Source of the DNA: a virus
Virus record (IMG/VR): IMGVR_UViG_3300032893_000011
Span: 1 to 64,000 of that record
Strand: one strand, 5' to 3'
DNA: 64,000 nt
Shown: one piece after another, positions 1 to 9,046 of the stretch
How positions within the stretch are numbered: position 1 is the first letter of the stretch
How the letters are laid out: each line of letters starts with the position of its first letter
Translations under genes and position numbers: made by a program
The notes under the pieces: model-generated
Seen by the model: only the letters and a program-made list of their open reading frames with translations
Database searches by the model: none
Told to the model about the DNA's origin: nothing

Positions 1-155
1 GGCTCGCGGGAACGGCCGGGAAGCGGCTCATGCCGCCGTGGAGTTCGGACGACCTGTCGCGGGCGGTGGGTGTCGACCCGGAGCGCTTCGACCGGCACAC
101 CGCCCTGGGCGACGTGCGCTGGGTGATAGCGCAGTGGGACGCGGTGATGGGTTGA
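1..155 (+). CDS. 3' end of an upstream gene (partial)
   Basis: Open frame from position 3 to TGA 153-155, overlapping the ATG of the next gene (TGATG coupling). Confidence 0.5.
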   Translation, partial: LAGTAGKRLMPPWSSDDLSRAVGVDPERFDRHTALGDVRWVIAQWDAVMG

Positions 156-1081
156 TGCGGATCAACCGGACGTGGCGGCACCGCATCGACTCGTCGCGCC
201 ACGGTGCCCGCAGGTGGGTCGTCTACGCGGCGGTCGCGCTGGGCGCGCTCGCGGGGGCGCACCTGCTCTGGTCGTGGCTGTTCGCCGTCCCCGACACCGT
301 GGCCGCGCAAACCCGCTCGACCGTCAACCGGGCCGCGGTGGTGTCGTCGTTCGCGCAGGACTTCGTCACCGTGTGGCTGACCGCCACCGACCCCCACGTC
401 CTCGACGCGTTCGCCACCCCGCCCGACGCGATGGTCACACCCCCGACACCCGCGGTGGTGCTCGGCGCCCCCAACGTCGTCGCCGTCGAGCTGGTCGGCA
501 ACGCCGGCAAGAACGCAGCCGCCGAGCAGTGGTCCGTCGTTGTCGGCGTCACCCAACGCCCGTGGGAGTCGGCCCCGCCCACCCGGGCCCTGTACCGGGT
601 GTCGATCCTGTGGAGCAGGTTCGGGCCCCGCGCGACCGGCATGCCCGCCCGCGTCTCCGGGCCCGGCGCGGGCGCGGACCTGCCGGTGGCCTACCCGGTG
701 ACCCTCGGGCAGGGCGACCCGCTGTGGACGCTGGTGTCCGGCTGGGCCGCCGCCTACCTCACCGGCTCGACGCCGGTGAGCCTGTACATCACCACCGACT
801 CCCTGATCAGCGGCCTAGGCGGTGCCTACCAGTCGGCGACATTGACTGGGCTGCGCGCCGACACCAACCCCGCCGCCAAACCCGCCGAAGGGCAGCGGAT
901 ACGGGTCTACGCCCAGGTCGACGCGCTCACCGCGCAATACGCCCACACATACATGAGCTACCCCCTGACGCTGCGCGGGGTCGGCGGGGCGTGGAGAATC
1001 GCGGCCATCGACCGCGCCCCGGCGATGATCGCCGACGACGACCCCCAACCGGTAACGCAAGGAGACAACAACCATGGTTGA
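155..1081 (+). CDS. Conjugal transfer protein, TcpC/VirB8-like
   Basis: N-terminal TM helix, then two repeated domains (SSFAQDFVTVWLT; VSGWAAAYLTG...YPLTL..GGAWRIAAID); lies upstream of a VirB4-like ATPase; ATG at 155 coupled to upstream stop. Confidence 0.8.
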   Translation: MRINRTWRHRIDSSRHGARRWVVYAAVALGALAGAHLLWSWLFAVPDTVAAQTRSTVNRAAVVSSFAQDFVTVWLTATDPHVLDAFATPPDAMVTPPTPAVVLGAPNVVAVELVGNAGKNAAAEQWSVVVGVTQRPWESAPPTRALYRVSILWSRFGPRATGMPARVSGPGAGADLPVAYPVTLGQGDPLWTLVSGWAAAYLTGSTPVSLYITTDSLISGLGGAYQSATLTGLRADTNPAAKPAEGQRIRVYAQVDALTAQYAHTYMSYPLTLRGVGGAWRIAAIDRAPAMIADDDPQPVTQGDNNHG

Positions 1082-1346
1082 GACAACCCAGGCCGCGGCG
1101 GACCTGTTTTCGGCCATCCCGTCGATGTGGAGCGACGGGCGGGTCACCGCCGCGATCGTCGTCATCGCGATCGGCGCCATCATCGCGATCGCCAAGATCC
1201 ACCACGGCATCGGCAAGGCGATCGGCCTGTTCCTGGGGGCCGTCGTGCTGGGGGGTCTGGTGCTGGGATCGACCGGCGCCCTGGCGTCGATCAAACACAC
1301 CCTCGACAACCACGGCGGCATAACCTCCGGCGACTACGGCCGCTGA
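1074..1346 (+). CDS. Small two-TM conjugation membrane protein (pilin/TcpD-like)
   Basis: 90 aa, two hydrophobic helices, AAGGAG RBS, between TcpC-like and VirB4-like genes. Confidence 0.65.
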   Translation: MVETTQAAADLFSAIPSMWSDGRVTAAIVVIAIGAIIAIAKIHHGIGKAIGLFLGAVVLGGLVLGSTGALASIKHTLDNHGGITSGDYGR

Positions 1347-1349
1347 CCC

Positions 1350-4124
1350 GTGAACGACGAACGCGCGCGCGTCTACACCGACGTGCGCGACTTCCCCATC
1401 CACGTGTCCTACATGGACGAGCGGACCCGCATCTGGGGCGCCCCCTACCGCATCTGGGACGGCACCGCCGTGATCGTCGGCCTGTCGGCGACCGGGTGGG
1501 CGATGTGGCACTGGCTGGACTCCGGGCACCCCGTCATCATCGGCATCCTCGGCCTGACCCTCACCGCCGCGGCGAGGTGGCTGGCGAAGATGATGCCGAT
1601 CTCACGCCCGAGCCCCGCATGGCGGGCCCGCTGGCTGGCCACCGCCATCACGGCCCGCCCGCGGCGCGCCGACACGGCCGGCGGCGACCCGTGGCTGTCC
1701 CCACCCAAGGCGGTGATCGGCAACCTGGTGTTCACCCACGGCGGGGTGTACGCCGAATACCTTCTGGCCGGGCAGCCCGGCGGGATGATGCCCCACGAGC
1801 AGCGCCGCGCCGTAGCCGCGCGACACCGCCCCCTGGTGCGCCAACTGCCGTCCGGGTTCGTTCTGTGGGGGGTGTGCGCCCCGGTCGGGCGCCGCGAGCT
1901 GATCAACCGGATGCTGCGCGGCCACACCGACCAGCCGCGCTGGGTGTCGGAAGTCCGTGCATGGGAACCGGCCTTCGACCGTAAACAGTTCTGGGAGCCG
2001 GTGTTCGGTTTGCGGGTGCCCGTCGACGCCGGACAGGCCGGGCGCTCCAGCGTCGGCGGGCTGGCGAAGACGTGGAAAACCATCGTAGGGGCCGAGCCCG
2101 ACAACGCCGGAACCCTCGACGGGTACCGCCGCTTCGCCGACGAAATCCTCGCCAAGATCCCCGCCGAGTTCAACCCCGTCCCGGCCACGCCCCGCCAGAT
2201 CCGCTGGTGCTACCACCGCCACTGGACACGCGGCACCGACACCGAGCCGTTCCCGCACGGGCCCGGCGGCCCCGAGCGGTTCGACCCCGCCCACTTCCTC
2301 GACATGCCAGCCGTCTTCGACGAGGGCGACCAGGCCGGTCGCACCGGCCCGTGGTGGCGCCGGTGGCTGCCGTCGCTGGCGCCGGTGCTGCGCATCGACA
2401 CGGCGGGCGGTAATTCGTATCAGGCGCTGCTGGCGGTCGACCAGCTGCCCCGCCAGGGCCTCGCGCATCCCGGCGCCGAATACCTCATGTCCGTCTACGA
2501 CGTGCCGACCGACGCGCAGGTCGACTGGTACGCCCACGTCGACACCCGCTCGCGGGAGCGCGCCCTGGTCGGGGTGGACCGGGCGCAACGCAACCTCGAC
2601 GACCAGGCGTGGCAGACCAGCGGCCGCGGCGATTTGGCGCGCCGCTACGACTCGTCGGTCGACTACCGCCAAGCCCTGGAGGCCAGCAAGCTCGAACGCG
2701 AAACACAAACCACCACCGTCGTGGCGGTCGGCGCCTCCTCCCGCGCCTGGGTGCTGCGCGCGGCCGCCGCGCTGCGCACCCACATGGCCGAGGACATGGA
2801 GATCGTGCTGAGCGGACCGGCCGGCGCGCAGCGGGCCCTGTGGTGCCTGGGGGCCACAGGCGCCGCCGACCAGTCACCGCGCTCACAGTTCCGCCATCCC
2901 ACCACCACCACCGAATGGGCGCGGTTCGCGCCGCTCGCATCGGCCGAACTGGGCAACGACACCGGCATCCTGCTGGCCGCGAACCTGTCCACGGCCCGTC
3001 CTGGCCCGGTGTACGTCGACCTGGAGGGCTCCGCGGCGCGGCGCGACGCCCCCGGCATGCTGTGGTTCGGCCCGCCCGGCGGCGGCAAGTCGCAGGGCTG
3101 CAAACGCGTCGCCGACGCCCTGATCAAACGCGGCTCCCAGGTCACCGTCATCGACCCCGGCTCGAAACGCGAATGGGAGCACGCCCTGGCGCACCACGGC
3201 GACGCGGTGGCGGTGATCGACCCCACGGCGGGCCGCTGGTCGATCGACCCGCTGCGCCTGTTCCCGCGGGCGGTGGCGGTCGAACACACCCTCGACCACC
3301 TTTTGCCGCTGCTGGGCGTCGAACCCGACTCCGCAGCCGCCGGGCAGCTGAACCTGGCGCTGCGCGACGAATCCATACCGAGCCTCGCCGCGCTCACCAG
3401 AACGTTGCGCCCCGACGGCGAGCACCCCGAGCTGGCCGCCAAGCTGCGATCCTGGGCCGGCGTGGACTACCTGCGCGGCCTGTTCGACGACACCCTGCCC
3501 GTCCCGCCCATCGCGCAGCACGACGCCGTCATCTGGCTCACCCACTCCCTCGAACTGCCCACCATGAGCAACACCGACAACCTGCACCTGTACGGCCGCC
3601 AGTCCCGGCGGGCCCGCGCGGGTCTGGCCGTCTACGGCCTCATCGCGGCCCTGACCCGGCTCACCTACACCAGTGCGGGCCGCGACCGCTGGGGGTGGCT
3701 GATCTGCGAGGAGGCCCGCACCTACCTGGCGTCCCCGGCCGGGCGGGAGGAGGCCACCCGCACAATCACCCAGGGCCGCAAGGAGCACTACGGCCTGATC
3801 GTCATCTCCCAGCACATCGAGGACTTCGACGGCATCCCCACCCAGGACCTGCCGATGCGGATAATCACGCCGTTCAAACCCGCCGAGCGCGACTACGCCC
3901 GCGCGGTGTTCAAGCGGATGGGCATCGACCCCGACCAGTACCCCCAGGTCCTCGACACCCGCACCGCGGAGGGCCACGGCTACGCCTACTTCATCGACCA
4001 CCTGGGCCGCGCCGGGCTGGTGGACCTGCTGGCCCCGGTGCAACCCGAACTGGTCGGCGCGTTCGACACCCGCAACCTCGACCAAACAGTACAATGCCTA
4101 CATGATGGATCCGGAAGACGCTGA
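1350..4124 (+). CDS. VirB4-like conjugative ATPase with N-terminal membrane (TcpE/VirB3-like) segment
   Basis: Walker A GPPGGGKS, VIDP, Walker B LICEEA, QGRKEHYGLIVISQ motif, two N-terminal TM helices. Confidence 0.88.
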   Translation: MNDERARVYTDVRDFPIHVSYMDERTRIWGAPYRIWDGTAVIVGLSATGWAMWHWLDSGHPVIIGILGLTLTAAARWLAKMMPISRPSPAWRARWLATAITARPRRADTAGGDPWLSPPKAVIGNLVFTHGGVYAEYLLAGQPGGMMPHEQRRAVAARHRPLVRQLPSGFVLWGVCAPVGRRELINRMLRGHTDQPRWVSEVRAWEPAFDRKQFWEPVFGLRVPVDAGQAGRSSVGGLAKTWKTIVGAEPDNAGTLDGYRRFADEILAKIPAEFNPVPATPRQIRWCYHRHWTRGTDTEPFPHGPGGPERFDPAHFLDMPAVFDEGDQAGRTGPWWRRWLPSLAPVLRIDTAGGNSYQALLAVDQLPRQGLAHPGAEYLMSVYDVPTDAQVDWYAHVDTRSRERALVGVDRAQRNLDDQAWQTSGRGDLARRYDSSVDYRQALEASKLERETQTTTVVAVGASSRAWVLRAAAALRTHMAEDMEIVLSGPAGAQRALWCLGATGAADQSPRSQFRHPTTTTEWARFAPLASAELGNDTGILLAANLSTARPGPVYVDLEGSAARRDAPGMLWFGPPGGGKSQGCKRVADALIKRGSQVTVIDPGSKREWEHALAHHGDAVAVIDPTAGRWSIDPLRLFPRAVAVEHTLDHLLPLLGVEPDSAAAGQLNLALRDESIPSLAALTRTLRPDGEHPELAAKLRSWAGVDYLRGLFDDTLPVPPIAQHDAVIWLTHSLELPTMSNTDNLHLYGRQSRRARAGLAVYGLIAALTRLTYTSAGRDRWGWLICEEARTYLASPAGREEATRTITQGRKEHYGLIVISQHIEDFDGIPTQDLPMRIITPFKPAERDYARAVFKRMGIDPDQYPQVLDTRTAEGHGYAYFIDHLGRAGLVDLLAPVQPELVGAFDTRNLDQTVQCLHDGSGRR

Positions 4125-4205
4125 AAACGACTACTGCGTTCAAGGCAAGTTCGACGGGGTACTTGCCCACAAAGCGCAGATGGACGGACGCTTGTACGTG
4201 AGCAG

Positions 4206-4439
4206 ATGAGCGACATGAAGCTCTACCAGTGGCGCACGCCGCACGGCTGGCTAGCAACGGAGATCTACATCGGCGACGTCAGCATATGCGTGGCGCCGGA
4301 CGAGGACGGGCACTGGCATTGGCGCATCGGAGATGAAGGCGCCGACTGGCAGCCCATCGAAACGCTCGACGACCTGGCACGCTGCATCATCAAAGCACGC
4401 GGAATCGTCGCAATCCTGTCGTATCCAGGGTCCCAATGA
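4206..4439 (+). CDS. Hypothetical protein
   Basis: 77 aa ORF with normal composition in a slightly lower-GC patch. Confidence 0.5.
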   Translation: MSDMKLYQWRTPHGWLATEIYIGDVSICVAPDEDGHWHWRIGDEGADWQPIETLDDLARCIIKARGIVAILSYPGSQ

Positions 4440-4559
4440 CGGCCGCCGCAGACCACCCGAACCAGCCACCCAGGCGAAGCTGGGAGGAGCGCCACCAGTT
4501 CGGGTGGGACGCGCTGGCTGTCGCCATCGACTACTACTCGACGCTCATGGAGGAGTGGG

Positions 4560-4751
4560 ATGACTGACCACATCTGCCCCATCTATGACTGCCGCTGCCC
4601 AGCCGGAGACGCCGCCCGCATCGCATTCGCACGGGTCAACCTCATGATCGACGAGAAACACCCCGACGACCAATACTGGCAGGCCTGGGACCAGTTCGAG
4701 GCCGCCACCATGACACGCTTCGAGCAATGCCGATGCCCGACCCAGACCTGA
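4560..4751 (+). CDS. Small Cys-containing hypothetical protein
   Basis: GGAGGAG RBS; Cys clusters at both ends. Confidence 0.55.
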   Translation: MTDHICPIYDCRCPAGDAARIAFARVNLMIDEKHPDDQYWQAWDQFEAATMTRFEQCRCPTQT

Positions 4752-4975
4752 CCGCCGCCAAAAGGGTCCTAGCCGTACTCACCGGCCTGCCCTGCGACAA
4801 CACCTGGTGCAACCACCCCGTCGCCTACACCGTCAACTGGCACGGCTGCCACCACCAACTCCTATGCGGCCCCTGCTGGGACAAAACCGCCAAAGTCCTC
4901 GAACACTACGGCCAATGCCCCTGGTGCCACACCATCTACCTCCCCGAGCACCTGGTCAACGCCGAAAAGCTATGA
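4727..4975 (+). CDS. Small Zn-finger-like hypothetical protein
   Basis: CxxxxC, CxxC, CxxC; stop overlaps next ATG (ATGA). Confidence 0.55.
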   Translation: MPMPDPDLTAAKRVLAVLTGLPCDNTWCNHPVAYTVNWHGCHHQLLCGPCWDKTAKVLEHYGQCPWCHTIYLPEHLVNAEKL

Positions 4976-6996
4976 CCACCGCACTAGCGGCCTGGCTGCA
5001 CACACACACCCACACCCGCCGCGCCTGGCTCCTCATACAGGCATTATGGGCAACGTGGATCACCGCACTGATGACCGCACCCCACGCCGCAGCCTCCGCA
5101 GCCGCCGACGAACTCTCCTGGACCGGCCTCAAAGACAGCTACGGCGTGCCGATCGGAGCGCACGTCGTGGCGACCGTCCCCATGCTCGAAGCCCTGGACA
5201 AGCAGGGCACCCCGTTCGGCGTCGACCCGGCCCAGTGGGGCCCGGCCTTGGCGGACAGGATGGTCACCGCGCTGGGGTTGACCGGCCTGGGCGGGGTGCT
5301 GGCGTTCGAGTCGGCCGCGCTGGCGTTTCTGTGCGCGGTGGGGATCTGGCTGGTGCGGTTCGCCCTGTCGACGACGTGGCTGGGCTGGCTCGCCGCTGCG
5401 GCGCGCCCGATCCTCGTTAACGTTAACGCCGTGGAGGCGCAGTTCCACCTGGTCGCCGGGGTGGGCCTGGTGTGCGCGGTGGTCGGCGCGGTGGTGGGTG
5501 TGATGCGCGGGGTGGGCCGCGGTTTGGGCATCATGGCCGGCGGTGTCCTCGTGTTCGCGGCATCGCTGTTTCTGCTGCGCGACCCCCTGGGCGAGGAGAC
5601 GGGCGACAACGGGGTCCTCGGCATAGGCCGCAGCCTGGGGTTTCGCATCTCGCAGGGCTTCGGCAACAACGGCCCGCTGACATCGGGCGGCATGGACGCG
5701 CAGCTGGACCGGCTGTCGTCCTCGCTGGTGGACGTGCTGGTGCGCCAGCAGGTGGAGCAGGTCAACTTCGGGCACGTCATCGACTCGGTGCCCGGCGCGG
5801 CGGCGGCCTACAACGCGGCGCTCATGTCGCCCGACCCGACCGTTAACGCCGCGCACGCGGTGGGGGTGTACGACCCGTCGGCCCTGGCGCACGCCCAGCA
5901 GCTCACCGAGGGCTCGGCGGCGCTGTTCGCGCTGCTGATCTGCGTGGTGGGTGTTGTTTTGCTGGCCGTGTGTTACGTGGGCGCCGAGGTGGTGCGCATC
6001 GGCTTCAAAGCCTTCTTTTATGTGCTGATCATCGGCCCGGCGGCGCTTTTGGCGATCCCGCCGGGCCCGCCGCGCCAGTTCGCCAAGCGCGCCGCGTTCA
6101 GGCTGGTGGTGTTCGGTCTGGAGACCCTGGTCGCCACCGTCGGGCTGGGCGTGTTGGTGATCCTGCTGTCCGACACGGCCCGCGGCACACTGCCCGGCGT
6201 TAACGGCATGGCTGCTCCGATGGCCAAACTTTTGGTGATGGCGATGATCGGGGTCGGCGGCGCGTTCGGGTTCCGATACTTGCTTAAGTCGCTGTTCGGG
6301 GACCGTGGGATCGCGGGCCCGGTGCGGGCGTTTCGGGCGGTGTCGGGCGGTTCGGCCGCAGCGGAGAGAACCATCCAGGAGGCCGGGCACATCCGGCGCC
6401 GAGCCCAGGCGGGCGCGTCGTGGCTGTCGTTGGCGACCAGCAGATCCGCCGGGCCGCCGCCGCCGGCCCGTCAGGCCCACCCGACACCCGCCCCGGCGCG
6501 CACCCAGAGCCAAACCGCGAGCCCGCCCACAGGCCAGACCACAAGCCAGCCCGGGCCCGCGAGCCCGGCCCAGCCAGCCGGCCCGGCTCCGGCGAATGGG
6601 CGCACACCCGCCCCGCCGCGAACGGCAGCCGCCGCGGGCACCGCCGCCACCATTGCCGCCGCTGCCCTCCCGGCAGCCGGTGCGGCCAAAGTCGCCGCGG
6701 GCGCAGCCAGGATCGCCACGACGAGCGCTGCTACTCAGGCGCGGTCACTCGCCGCGCAACCACCCGCCGCGCCGCAAGCCAACCCGCCACGAACGACCAC
6801 GCCACCGTCCCGCACGCAACCCCAACCCTCCGCGCCAACCCAACCGGCCGACAAAGCCGCCACGCCGACCCGGCCGCCCAAGGCAGCCACACCCGCGCGC
6901 CCAGGCCCCAAACAGCCGCCGCCCGCAACCCCGCGCGAGCACCCCAACGATCCGCCGCCACCCGCGCGCACCCCAGGCAAACCGCCCGGCCAGTAA
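4972..6996 (+). CDS. Polytopic conjugation membrane protein (VirB6/TcpH-like) with Pro/Ala/Thr-rich tail
   Basis: Many TM segments, QQVNFGHVID motif, low-complexity C-terminus, context of VirB4. Confidence 0.75.
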   Translation: MTTALAAWLHTHTHTRRAWLLIQALWATWITALMTAPHAAASAAADELSWTGLKDSYGVPIGAHVVATVPMLEALDKQGTPFGVDPAQWGPALADRMVTALGLTGLGGVLAFESAALAFLCAVGIWLVRFALSTTWLGWLAAAARPILVNVNAVEAQFHLVAGVGLVCAVVGAVVGVMRGVGRGLGIMAGGVLVFAASLFLLRDPLGEETGDNGVLGIGRSLGFRISQGFGNNGPLTSGGMDAQLDRLSSSLVDVLVRQQVEQVNFGHVIDSVPGAAAAYNAALMSPDPTVNAAHAVGVYDPSALAHAQQLTEGSAALFALLICVVGVVLLAVCYVGAEVVRIGFKAFFYVLIIGPAALLAIPPGPPRQFAKRAAFRLVVFGLETLVATVGLGVLVILLSDTARGTLPGVNGMAAPMAKLLVMAMIGVGGAFGFRYLLKSLFGDRGIAGPVRAFRAVSGGSAAAERTIQEAGHIRRRAQAGASWLSLATSRSAGPPPPARQAHPTPAPARTQSQTASPPTGQTTSQPGPASPAQPAGPAPANGRTPAPPRTAAAAGTAATIAAAALPAAGAAKVAAGAARIATTSAATQARSLAAQPPAAPQANPPRTTTPPSRTQPQPSAPTQPADKAATPTRPPKAATPARPGPKQPPPATPREHPNDPPPPARTPGKPPGQ

Positions 6997-7173
6997 AGGG
7001 ATGATTCGATGAGTGAAGAAAGCCTGCTGAAAACACGGCTCACACAATCTGCCCTTGATTTCGAGGACGTAGGGACCGAGCCGCCCGACCACCGTTAACG
7101 ACACACCCCGCCGCAAACAGGGCCCGCCGCAACCACGGCGTTATCCTGAGAACGCCGAAGAAGCGAGACCCCC

Positions 7174-7653
7174 GTGTTCCTCACGCGCCTGCTGCGGGCA
7201 CGCCAACCCGACCCCGAACCGCCTGTGACGCCCAACTTCGACGCCCCGGGGCTCACCCACCACTGGCAGCTGGTCGAGCGCCACGAAATCAGCAGCGACC
7301 TGGCCGACGACCTGCCCGAGCACGAGAAGGCCGCCATCATCTCCGACGCCCGCCTAGCCGCCGCCGAGTGGGCCGCCCGCGAGGGTGTCGGCGTGACCCA
7401 CGTCGAAGCGTTCAAACGCCGCCTGCAGGTCGGCATCCGCTTCGAGCTGACCGTCGCCAAAGCGGTCGCCAACCCCGCCTGGGACGAGTTCGAGTGGGTG
7501 TGGTCGTCGCGATGGCGCGACTGGCAGCGCCGACTGGGCGCGCTGCGCCGCTACGAGAAGCACGGCCGCGCCCATCCCATCCGGGCCCTGCCCGGCGGTG
7601 CCATGGTGATACCGCTGCACCAACGCCACCAACACGAAAGCGACCCCACCTAG
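7174..7653 (+). CDS. Hypothetical protein
   Basis: 159 aa ORF with high-GC3 codon pattern. Confidence 0.55.
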   Translation: MFLTRLLRARQPDPEPPVTPNFDAPGLTHHWQLVERHEISSDLADDLPEHEKAAIISDARLAAAEWAAREGVGVTHVEAFKRRLQVGIRFELTVAKAVANPAWDEFEWVWSSRWRDWQRRLGALRRYEKHGRAHPIRALPGGAMVIPLHQRHQHESDPT

Positions 7654-7813
7654 TGGGCGCGGCACCGCAAATGGACCTAGAGGAGCTGGCCGCCCTTTTG
7701 GGGGAGCACGCGCTCGCCGTCTACTCCTGGGGGCCGGAAGGTTGCCGATGCCAAGAATGGGACGGCGACAGCGCTGATCACCCGCGGCACCAGGCGGAGA
7801 TGATTATCGCCAG

Positions 7814-8512
7814 GTGCGGCAACGGGTAGCTACCGCCGCCGCTAACATCGACCCCGTGATCGGGGTCGCGATATCCACCTGGCGCCGCCCGGACACCCTC
7901 GCGCTGGCCCTGAACGAGTGGGCGCGGCGCCTCGCCGGGGTGTCCCTGCTAGTCGTCAACCACGACGAGCAGGGCCGCGGCGTCGCCGAAACCAAAAACG
8001 CCGGGCTGGCCGCCCTCATGGCCGATCCCCGAATCACCGACCTGTTCTTGGCTGATGATGATGTGTCTCCCATCGCCGACGACTGGGCCCGCCCCTACGT
8101 CCAATCCCCCCACCCCCACCTGATGCACTGCTGGGGAGCCAACCGCTACGAACGCGAAATCGACGGCCACACCATCTGGTCGTGGCCCCGCGGGGTGCTC
8201 CTGTACGCCAGGAGGGCGGTCGTCGAGCGCGTCGGCGGCATGCGCCCCGACTTCGGCCCGGTGGGCGGAGAGCACGTCGAATGGTCGCGCCGCGTCCACA
8301 ACTGCGGGTTCACCCCCCACCCGTTCATGGACGTCGCCGGATCCAACCGGCTGTGGTGCTACGACACCACGGCACCGACCACCCTGCCGAAAACCCGCTA
8401 CACCGACCGCCGCTGGAAAACACGCCGCCAACGCCTCCTGGAGTCCTATCGGCACTCCACCGAACACGTCGCTTTGCCCCTGCCCGCCCATCAGTTAACG
8501 TCACCGCTGTGA
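7814..8512 (+). CDS. Glycosyltransferase, GT-A fold (GT2-like)
   Basis: IGVAISTWRR, GVAETKNAGL, LFLADDD, ERVGGMRPDF..GGEHVEWSRR; start uncertain. Confidence 0.8.
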   Translation: MRQRVATAAANIDPVIGVAISTWRRPDTLALALNEWARRLAGVSLLVVNHDEQGRGVAETKNAGLAALMADPRITDLFLADDDVSPIADDWARPYVQSPHPHLMHCWGANRYEREIDGHTIWSWPRGVLLYARRAVVERVGGMRPDFGPVGGEHVEWSRRVHNCGFTPHPFMDVAGSNRLWCYDTTAPTTLPKTRYTDRRWKTRRQRLLESYRHSTEHVALPLPAHQLTSPL

Positions 8513-9042
8513 AATGGTCGCCCGACGAGGGGCTGATCACCGCCGTCCGGACCGGCCGCTGCACGCAGCGCTACGCGACCATGACACCGGCGGACCGCTC
8601 CTGGGTCGTCGCCGGGCTCACCCGCGCCGGATACACCGCCGAACGGATGGCCGAACTGATGGGCTGCAGCCTGCGCACGGTGCGGGTGATCAAAGCTGAG
8701 CCGATGACACGCATGGCCGAGCTGCTGCAAACCGAGGCCGCCGCGTTCGAGGCCGAACTGTCCCTGGCCCGCTCCGAGCACGCCCGACTAAACTCCGAGC
8801 TGGCGTCGTGCACCCTGGCACAACGACGGATGCGCGCCAACCTGATCCGCGTCACCTCACCCCGGATCACCGAAGGCCATCCGCTGTGCGCGCGGGGCGT
8901 GCACCGCATGACCCCCTACAACACCTACGAGAACGGCGGCCGCCGGTGGTGCCGCGAATGCCACCGCATACGCGAGGCCGGGCGACGCGCCCGCAAACGA
9001 GCGGCCCGCACCGAAGCGCAGCCCAAGACGAGGATAAGTTGA
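8509..9042 (+). CDS. HTH DNA-binding protein with coiled coil and C-terminal Zn motif
   Basis: GYTAERMAELMGCSLRTVR HTH; CARGVH..NTY...RRWCREC. Confidence 0.7.
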   Translation: MKWSPDEGLITAVRTGRCTQRYATMTPADRSWVVAGLTRAGYTAERMAELMGCSLRTVRVIKAEPMTRMAELLQTEAAAFEAELSLARSEHARLNSELASCTLAQRRMRANLIRVTSPRITEGHPLCARGVHRMTPYNTYENGGRRWCRECHRIREAGRRARKRAARTEAQPKTRIS

Positions 9043-9046
9043 CCTG

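Noticed and set aside
6997-7173. att site or oriT at the conjugation/phage junction
   Set aside because: No integrase, tRNA or matching direct repeat found by eye in the window
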